Source: Octopus bimaculoides
Lineage: Eukaryota
Reading direction: 5' to 3'
DNA: 56,841 bases
Assembly: GCF_001194135.2 (NCBI RefSeq)
Contig: NC_068996.1
Coordinates: forward strand, 29,700,198 to 29,757,038
In this document: positions 48,441 through 56,841 of the stretch, one piece after another
How positions within the stretch are numbered: the stretch's first letter is position 1
Layout: every line of letters begins with the position of its first letter
Translations under genes and position numbers: made by a program
Notes under the pieces: model-generated
The model's input: the letters and a program-made list of their open reading frames with translations, nothing else
The model's database searches: none
What the model was told of the DNA's origin: nothing

Positions 48441-49473
48441 TATACAAAAAGCAATTGCCTTAATGGTCAGGGTAACAATGGTTTCATAGTGTTTCCATGA
48501 ATAGCTCTTGGAAATTTCCCTCTTAGAGGAGTCTTTGTTAAAATTTATTATTAGCTATTTTCTCTTTACACACTCTTTCATGTAATCTCTCATTGTACCA
48601 TCCTAATCATTTTATAAAGCCTTAGTGGTTAATAAAGAAATCATAATTTTTTTATAATTTATTCTATTATTTTATTATTAGTAGGCCCCACGTAAACTCC
48701 ATGGAATGGAAAATATTAAGAAGACCTATTTAAAAGAGAAAGGATGATTTGCATTTTTACAGCATTCATAGTTTAGCTTTCTTCAAATATTCTTGACATT
48801 CGTTTACTTTCATATCCTCACGTCTCTGTTGATGTTGTCTTTTACCTCTTTTTATTATATCTTTTCACTGTTCCTCTCTCATTTTCACATCCTTTCTTGG
48901 ACAGCTGCAACTGTGTTTTTTGTGAATCCAGAGTTTAGGCTAAATTCACTCAGATAAACAAATAGCAATTTTTTAAGAGAGCAGAAGATAAATAATTGTA
49001 CCTATGCGTATGTGATGGTTGCTATAAAAAAGGGTTAGTTCAATACAAGAAATACTTTTCACTATCAACACACCACCGTTATCTGCCCCTCTCTCTCTCT
49101 CTCTCTCTGTCTCTCTGTCTCTCTCAGTATAACTGCCTCCCCTGTCCATCTCTCTATCCACCTTTCCCTTCAGCTAACTTTATAACTACATAATAAGTAT
49201 TCCTTCTCCACCCCACCACATGTCATTAATACTTCTCACTCCCTCTTTTTCTCTCATCGTCTTTTTTCTCATTCTTCACCTCTGCTTTCAGCTGACTACA
49301 TAACCATTTGGCCTGAATGTATTATTAATCACCATTCTTTAGCTCTACCTCTCTTCTTTCTTCACTCCTCCTTATCCCTCTTTCTCTCATTCTTATTCCA
49401 CCTCTCACTCACTCCACTTCCACCTCTCTAACAGTGAATGGACAAGCAGATTATTATATGGATTATTATTATG

Positions 49474-49537
<64 letters not shown>

Positions 49538-49538
<1 letters not shown>

Positions 49539-49735
49539 GGCAGTGAGCTGGCAGAATTGTTAGCATGCTGACTGAAATGCTTAGCAGTGTCACTATATTC
49601 CAAGTTCAAATTCCATCAAGGTAACTTTGCCTTTCATCCTTTTAGGGTCAATAAATTAAGTACTGGGGTCGATGTGATTGACTTGCCACCTCCCCACAAA
49701 TCTCAGGCCTTGTGCCTATAGTAGAAAGGATTAAT
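49538..49735 (+). mobile_element. tRNA-derived SINE with Nin-like central domain
   Basis: GAGCTGGCAGAA (box A-like), GTTCAAATTCC (box B) and TTGCCTTTCATCCTTTTAGGGTCAATAAATTAAGTAC. Preceded by a long (ATT)n at about 49452-49537. Confidence 0.65.
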
Positions 49736-49828
49736 ATTATTATATTTTAAAAAGGATTGACGTAACTCTTCACGAAGGTAAATAGTCATGATGAAGAGTG
49801 CGATTCGATTGTATAAATGTTTTATTCG

Positions 49829-49871
49829 TTGAACAATATTTCGACAGAAAGTCTGTCTTTCTCAAGTTCAA
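49829..49871 (-). ncRNA. Apparently intact dimer-type hammerhead motif, U3-A8 variant, within a roughly 200-bp CpG-retaining pLTR-like fragment (49755-49955)
   Basis: Reads TTGAAC-TTGAGAA-A-GACAG-ACTTT-CTGTC-GAAA-TA-TT-GTTCAA. Stems I (6 bp) and II (5 bp) are perfect. Confidence 0.72.
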
Positions 49872-49978
49872 ACCAAAAGGTGATTGAAAATTCAAAATTT
49901 CAGAAATCTAAACGTAAACTATGTAAACGCTGGTTACTCTTGTTCATAGTTGACTATTATTATTATTATTATTAGTAT

Positions 49979-50013
<35 letters not shown>

Positions 50014-50584
50014 CCACCACCACCACCACCACCACCCCACCAAATCCAAGCCTCCTCTCCTTTTTTTACTATTTCTGTGTACTGTAGTTACTAATTTATC
50101 TTTTTTTTCTTCTATTTATCCTAACTTTATTCACATCTTATCATTGTTGTTTCTTTTGGTTCTTATTTGATTAATTGATTATAATTATTGCTGTTGCTAT
50201 TGTTATTATTATAATTGTTGTTGTAAATATTATTTTTAAAATCACCTCTCCATCCTCACAAATACTCCCCCCACTTAGCGAAGAGAACTTTGCCCTTTTT
50301 CCTTTGTTTTATTCTTTTTTATCTTGCAAATTACTTGGCAACTTCACTAGTACCAGTGGCACAAAAAAGGTACCCAGTACACACTGTAAAGTAGTTGGTG
50401 TTAGGAAGGGTCTCCAGCCATCAAAACTATACCAAAGCTGAGATTGAAGCACAACACAGCTCTATTGCTAACTAGATCTTTTCAAACTGAACAATCTGTG
50501 CCAGCATGGAAATTGGACATTAAATGCTGATGATGATGATATGCATTGTTAGAAGGAAGCTGATCAGGTTCCTAGAAGGAAATG

Positions 50585-50735
50585 GTTTGCTCACTACAAT
50601 GCAATATAGCTTCCATTTGGGAAGGAGCTTCCTTAGCTACTGCAATATTATAGCTAGGTACTGAAAAAAACTACTCAACCATTCAAATATGGATGTGATA
50701 TATCTCAACCTTGCCAAGGTCTTTGCCAGTGCAAA
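50585..50735 (+). mobile_element. CR1-like RT fragment
   Basis: QYSFHLGRS...MDVIYLNLAKVF resembles QHGF..GRS...VDVIYLDFAKAF. Confidence 0.5.
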
Positions 50736-50737
50736 CT

Positions 50738-52345
50738 ATAGGCACATAAGAGGTACACTAGAATTACATGACAGTCAACAGAGAAAGTAAACTTTGCATG
50801 TGGCATAAGTGCAATAAATATTAAGAGCACATAGGAAATAGATGTTCTAGAATACTCAGGAAGCAGATACAGTAGATAGTTTCTCTTACCTAAGAGACTT
50901 AATGCACAATGGAGGGAATGTTCTGAAAGTACTGGGTCATCCCATAAATAATGCAGTTTTTTCAATTGCATGAACTAAAAGAAAAAGGGGGACAGGACAA
51001 ACTATCTGCATCAACTTGCTATAAAAGCAGGTAGTAATTTTACCTTGTCCTTATTCTTCGCACAAGTTTCGAAGAGCACAGTTCAATTTTAACAGTTATT
51101 TTTTCAAAGCTATAATGGAAGATATTCAGCATATTTTGCTTTATGAATTCAATAAAGGCAACAACGCAACAAAAGGCATGTGGAATATTAATGCAGTATA
51201 TGAGGATCGGGCAATAAGCACAAGCCAGTGTAAATAGTGGTTCCAAAAATTTCAAGCCAGAAACTACAGTCCAGAAGACAAGCCTCATCCTGGAAGATCT
51301 GTAGAGCTCGATGAAGACATCCTGCAAAGCCTGGTGGAACAAAATCCCATCGTAACTGTTGAGGAACTAGCAGAGAAGCTTGAATTCGGTCGTTCAACAA
51401 TTCATCGACACCAGCACCAGAAGAAAAACGGCCATCTTTGGTTTCAAAACAATTGGGATTCTTCCATCAGGATAATGCTCAGCCACATACAGTGAGAATG
51501 ACATTCCAAAGGCTGGAGCAGTTAGAATGGGAAAAGTGTCCCCACCCATCATATTTGCTGGGCATTACCCCATCCGATTATCATTTATTTCACAGTCTTC
51601 AAAATCATTTAGATGGAAAAAATATGAAATCTGTAGATGAGGTCAGAACAGTACTGGAAGAGTAGTTTTTGTCATGAACTAGTGAATTTTGGAAGAGGGG
51701 CCTTGCAAGTCTACCACAGAGGTAGAAGAACACTGTAGAAAATGAAGAAGAGTATATTTTAGATAAAAAAAAGAACTTTGTTTATCTTAATTTTGATAAA
51801 TAAAATAAGTATAAAAACTTGCATCATTTATGGGATGACCCAATATAATTGCTACAATAAGAACCAGATGGAAAATTGCTCAGAGCTATTACCTCTGTTG
51901 GTAACAAAACATTCTCTCTCAGAATGAAAGGCAAAATTGTACTTGTGTATAAACAGCAATGCTATATTGTAGTGAAACATGGGTTGTGAAAGAAGACATG
52001 AATACTAGAAAGTAATGAAACTAGCTTGCCTCTTTATATGTTTAACATAAATATGCCTGAACAAAAACACAAATGTACTGAGAGAAAAATTAGGCATAAG
52101 AGGCATCAGATGTGGTGTGTAAGAGAAGACACTGTGCTGGTTTAATCATGTGATATGTACAAATGAGGAGAGGACAGCTGCATAAAGAAGTGCCAATTAC
52201 TAAATGTAGAAGGACCCTGTGAAAGTGGGAGACCCAGGAAGACACAGGATGCAGTAGTGAAGACTGACCTCAAGATGTTGAGTCACATGGAGATGACAAA
52301 GGATTGGGACAAATGGCAATATGCTATGCTTGAGAAAACCTGTGT
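50738..52345 (+). mobile_element. RTE LINE 3' part split by a mariner insertion
   Basis: Cys-rich insert and VDSFSYL before the mariner; IIATIR, SETWVVK and GRPRKT after it. Confidence 0.7.
50932..51843 (+). mobile_element. Internally deleted mariner with TIRs and TA duplication
   Basis: TA|CTGGGTCATCCCATAAATAATGC and GCATCATTTATGGGATGACCCAA|TA. Motifs ILLYEFNKG, EDKPHPGR, FHQDNAQPH and PSDYHLFHSLQNHL. Confidence 0.9.
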
Positions 52346-52638
52346 GAATATGGACCTATCAATGATTTACAGATCCTTTTCCAGATGTTGCAGTGGTGGT
52401 CACCGACATTTGGAGGTAGACTGGGCCTAGCTCTACACTGGGGGTTTTTTCCCTTCAGAATGTTGATCTTTGCTGCCTCAAAATTGGAGATGGCTTGGTA
52501 GCAAGAACTTCTCCACTGACCTCTATTCAGTGAGTGCTTCCAGTTCTCATATCTTCAGAATTATCTTGCAGATTTTCAAGCTGTTCTTTATGCAAGTATA
52601 TTTTATGTGTATATATGCATATATATATATATATGTAT

Positions 52639-53214
52639 TAGGATGTCCCATTTTCAGGACAAAAATTTTTTATGATTGCACCATTATCTTGTGTGGTGCC
52701 AGTGGATGAAAAAATGAGGTATACAAAGTAACAAGTCTCTAAAACTATTTTTTTTACTTCAAAAGCTTCCTGAAGCTGAAAAATTGGCCATTTTTATTGT
52801 GCTTGTGTAATGTCAAATCAAAAAGTTTAATGTTTATTTTGTAAGTCTCATGTGGAACTAAATTATGCTAGAAAATTATGGTGCAAAGTGTAAAATTCAT
52901 TTCTAATGACCTTATAACAAGCATAAAATTACATAATTGACTAAAAATGTTAAAACCTACTAGATGTTGAACAACCATGAATAGAAAAGAACAAGGGAAC
53001 TCTCCACATGAACAAAAAGGTAAGGAGCCTGAACTGCAGCCTCCTGGGCAATTTGGAATGGCAGTTAAATGTATTTTAAATATATTTTCAGCAGGGTTTC
53101 CCATATTTAAGTGTTAAGTGAACAATGAACATCTAGTCATAATATTTCCTGTTAAAAATAACTGAATAGGAATGTACTGAGGATTCTATTTATAGTATAT
53201 AACTATATATATAC

Positions 53215-53267
<53 letters not shown>

Positions 53268-53655
53268 ATACTTTAAAAGTATATTCAAAAATGTATTTTG
53301 GAAGGTTGTTGTTGATTTACAATAAAAAACTTTTGTCAACCATGATACATTGTGCTTGCCATAAAATCACTAAAAATAAATTATGCACCTGCACTATAAT
53401 TTTCTAGCATAATGTAGATCCAAATGAGACTTATGAAACAAATATTAAACAGATACCTTTCAATTTGACACTATACAAGCACAATAAAAATGGTCAGTTT
53501 TGACCATTTTTTTCAACTTCAGGTGTCTTGTGTAGTCACAAAAATGGTTTTAGAGCCCTATCACTTTGTACGTCTCGTTTTTTTTCATTCACTGGCACCA
53601 CACAAGACAATGGTGCAATCATAAAATTTTTTTACCCTGAAAACAGGACACCCTA
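52639..53655. mobile_element. Foldback DNA element with roughly 320-bp imperfect TIRs
   Basis: TAGGATGTCC start and GGACACCCTA end. 52639-52960 aligns by eye to the reverse complement of about 53325-53655. (TA)n occurs on both flanks and in the spacer. Confidence 0.8.
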
Positions 53656-53890
53656 ATATATATATATATATACATAAAAATAACAACATATATATGATGG
53701 CTGTTCACTCATGACAGAAGAATACCATCACATTTGTGGCTCTGCTGGTGACTAATGAGTTCAGCTCTTGATAAGCATACATGTCTGCAGATATTGCAGA
53801 ACAAGCTTCTCCCATTCACAACAATGACTGTGTTTTCAAGAAATTTTCTAAAATTATGCATGTAAAATGTGTTTTTCCAAGAATACTCAC

Positions 53891-53941
53891 TCCTTTCCCA
53901 CTTGTTTCCTCTGCTGGTGGTGATGATAAATCATCTTGCAT
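53891..53941 (-). CDS. SNX5/6-like sorting nexin, candidate first coding exon (MQDDLSSPPAEETSGKG)
   Basis: The ATG at 53941 has A at -3 and an in-frame TGA two codons upstream. There are 17 open codons, then a GGA|GTGAGT donor in phase 0, matching the phase-0 acceptor at 43721. No homology support for this acidic N-terminus. Confidence 0.6.
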
Positions 53942-54278
53942 ATTTCACATGTTTTCAACAAGGACTTTACACAATCGTTAAACTGTTGTCTTAGTTTCTG
54001 CTGGGGGTTCTTTCCACAGACAAGTTCACCATATAGCATCTGTTTAGAAATCCTCCAATCATTTATCTGGATAAGTTTTCCAGTTCAAAGTACATGATCC
54101 TTCTGCACCATTGTCTTAATGCTCAGAAAGTCAGCTCCTCTCAAAACTTCTGTGACTGAAGTCCACAAAGCCTGGCCAACATTCAGAATATATCTCAGCC
54201 ATCTCTGATGAAAGTGTTCAAGAATCATTACATGATACCTGTAAAGGGTCTATATAAATAAAAGTATATGTATATACA

Positions 54279-54330
<52 letters not shown>

Positions 54331-54337
54331 ATATATA

Positions 54338-54382
<45 letters not shown>

Positions 54383-55099
54383 GCATGTATGACAGAGTGT
54401 AAGCATCTTGAGAGAAAAGTTGGGCATAAGAGGCAGCAGATGTGGTGTGCAAGAGAGATGACTGTGCTGATATGTTCTCATTGTCACACAAAAATAAGGA
54501 AAGAATCCCCAAATGATAACACGTACTTACATACACTCAAACTAATTACACTTACATGCATGTGTGTGTATGTGTGTGTGTTTGTGCACGCACATGTGTA
54601 AAAGAACACAAATCAGTTGAAGCTCACTACAGCTGTTTCAGATGTGTTTTTATTGATGAACAAATCAATTACATCATGAAAAAAACTATTTCTTTCAAGT
54701 GAATAAAAATTTAAATCTAAAGTTTAACATTTAAGGTTTGGTTCATATCAAATATATTTTAAATCCCTCATCTCGATGAGGATCAGAGAGCAAATATACA
54801 AAGCTTAGCTAGACCTTATACGAGAGAAAGTGTCATAAACCCAACAACAAACTAAGCTATTCAAAGTCATCAATGGGTGGTAAGAGGGACAGATAATGAA
54901 ATACACTTGCACCAGTGCCATATATCAGACAAACAGCATAAAAAAAAAAAAACATACGTATGTATACATACACAAATATAAATACATTTCTTATTAAAAT
55001 ACTTGAGTCAATACTGATTTTTCACCACTATGAAATATGAATCAACCAGTCATGTTAGAACCAAAGTCAGTAACTGTCTAGAAATAGTATATCATCTCT

Positions 55100-56120
55100 T
55101 CTATCCTACAGTGTGCTATTCATAGTTATTTTGGTAATTAATCCCATGGAGTATAAACATTTTATGAAACAACATATTCATCATTGCTTACTGTATGAGT
55201 TTCGAAAGAAAAGTACCACTACAGAAGCAATGAAAAATGTTTATGAAGTGTATCCAGATGCAGTGAAAGCTTATATATGTCAGCTGTGGTTTAAAAGGTT
55301 TAAAGGTAGCAATTGTGACATATCATCTGACAAGCCTTACTCTAAACAACAACATTTTGAATGAGACTATTGTATTGGATCCATGTCAAAGTACCAGAGA
55401 TTTGACACAAAAATTTAATGTCATGCTCAACCATCCATAAACATCTCAAGCAAACTGGGAAAACATGCAGAGAGAGAATTTGGAATCCACATGAGCTTAC
55501 ACCCGACAACCAGACACAACATTCTACCATCTGCAGCAGTCTCCTAACCAGGAATAAAAACCTATCATTTCTGCAGTGCATTGTTACAGATGATGAAGAA
55601 TGGGTTTTGCATTACAACAGCCAATGGTCATCATGTAGTGAGAGGTCAATGCCAACACTAAAACCAAGAACCTCATCCACAAAAATCCTTGCGCTGTGTT
55701 TGGTGAAACATGAAATGTATTGACCATTACGAGCTACTGGAACATAGAGGGACCATCAATACAGATGCCTATTGCCAACAACTTGATCATGTAACTTTAA
55801 AATTATGTTGAAAGTGGCTAGCTTTGGTTAACAGAAATGGTGTTATTCTCCAGCATGACAATGCAGTCACACTCATGGAAACAAAACCAAAAAGGAAGAT
55901 CATTAGGATGGGTAGTTTTTCCACTTCCTCCATACTAACCTAACTTAACACCTACAGATTACCATGTGTTTCAGTCACTACAATATTTTATAAGAGGTAA
56001 AACATTCAGAAACAGCAAAGAAGTTAAAAGCAGTCTTTCAAACATTTTTTCAGAAAAAGAAATGTTTCATTGAATGTGGCATATCCTTTCTAGTAAAATC
56101 CAATTACTTTCTGAACAACC
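55100..56120 (+). mobile_element. Decayed mariner transposon
   Basis: HCLLYEF, WFKRFK, WNPHELT, IVTDDEEWVLHYN, QHDNA and TDYHVFQSLQ. Confidence 0.88.
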
Positions 56121-56134
56121 TAATATATATCATC

Positions 56135-56841
56135 ATCATCGTTTAACGTTTGCTTTCCATGCTAGCATGGGTTGGACGATTTGACTGAGGACTGGTGAAC
56201 CAGATGGCTACACCAGGCTCCAATCCAATTTGGCAGAGTTTCTACAGCTGGATGCCCTTCCTAACGCCAACCACTCCGAGAGTGTAGTAGGTGCTTTTAC
56301 ATGCCACCTGCAGAGGAGCCAGTCTAGCAACTGGCAACAACCTCGCTTAAATGTCTTTTTACATGCCATTGGCATGTGGTAACGATCACACTCAAATGGT
56401 GCTATTTACATGCCACTGGCACGGAAGCCAGTCAGCTGCTCGGGCAACGATTGCGCTCAAACAGTGATCTTAGCGCTCCACTAGTACAGGTGCCATCACG
56501 ATTTCGCTTTCACTTGCCCCAGCATGTCTTCACAAGCCGAGTTTAGTGTCCAATGGAGGAGATGTTGGCAGGGGGTCAGTTGTCAAATTTAGTTTGATTT
56601 CGATTTCACTTGCCTCAACAGGTCTTCACAAGCGGAGTTTAGTGTCCAATGAAGGAAAGGTATGCATAAGTGGGCTGGCTACACCCTTGGCAGAGGCCTT
56701 GGATTATGGTCTCATTTGGCTTGCCGGGTCTTCTCACGCACAGCATATTTCCAAAGGTCTCAGTCACAAGTCATTGCCTCGGTCATTGCCCCAAAATTTT
56801 TGGGGCCCATGACACTGCACGTACCCTAAGTAAGGCATGTG
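56135..56841 (-). mobile_element. SINE of the 66-bp-array family, running off the window end
   Basis: (CAT)n tail followed by the reverse complement of 13040-13705-type sequence. Confidence 0.75.

Larger units (their letters stand above)
1..56841. repeat. Dispersed microsatellites: (TA)n, (CA)n, (GA)n, (ATT)n, (TAG)n, (GAT)n, (TATG)n
   Basis: Examples at 410-540, 1610-1872, 6425-6480, 15770-15840, 19600-19675, 38945-38995, 49452-49537 and 54282-54381. These account for the IYIY, HTHT and SLSL ORFs. Confidence 0.95.

Overview
AT-rich, microsatellite-rich animal genomic DNA. It is probably an octopus or related cephalopod, inferred only from remembered SINE families. There are four N gaps: 1873-2231, 11156-11787, 18862-18988 and 32885-33114. 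Almost the whole window is intronic sequence of one minus-strand gene encoding a divergent SNX5/SNX6/SNX32-like PX-BAR sorting nexin. I assembled eight GT-AG exons by hand (53891-53941, 43566-43721, 38556-38654, 34410-34540, 30631-30706, 26596-26679, 22491-22565, 10874-10904). They join phase-consistently into 234 codons without a stop; I did not find the 3' BAR exons in the window. The introns are filled with decayed transposons: several Penelope-like elements (PLEs), RTE, Tx1/L1 and CR1 LINE pieces, Gypsy and Copia remnants, mariner, hAT, piggyBac and Helitron pieces, MITEs and SINEs. The most notable signal, invisible in the ORF track, is 11 hammerhead-ribozyme (HHR)-like motifs from about 7 distinct sequence families. 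Two look intact and carry a compensatory U3-A8 core on the gene's sense strand in intron 1 (46298-46340, 49829-49871). One sits in a compact, highly structured ORF-less element (13802-13846). A head-to-head pair with an unusually long stem II forms a 255-bp palindrome (27-281). PLE-associated HHRs are known biology; these specific variants and their host elements are inferred from sequence and untested.
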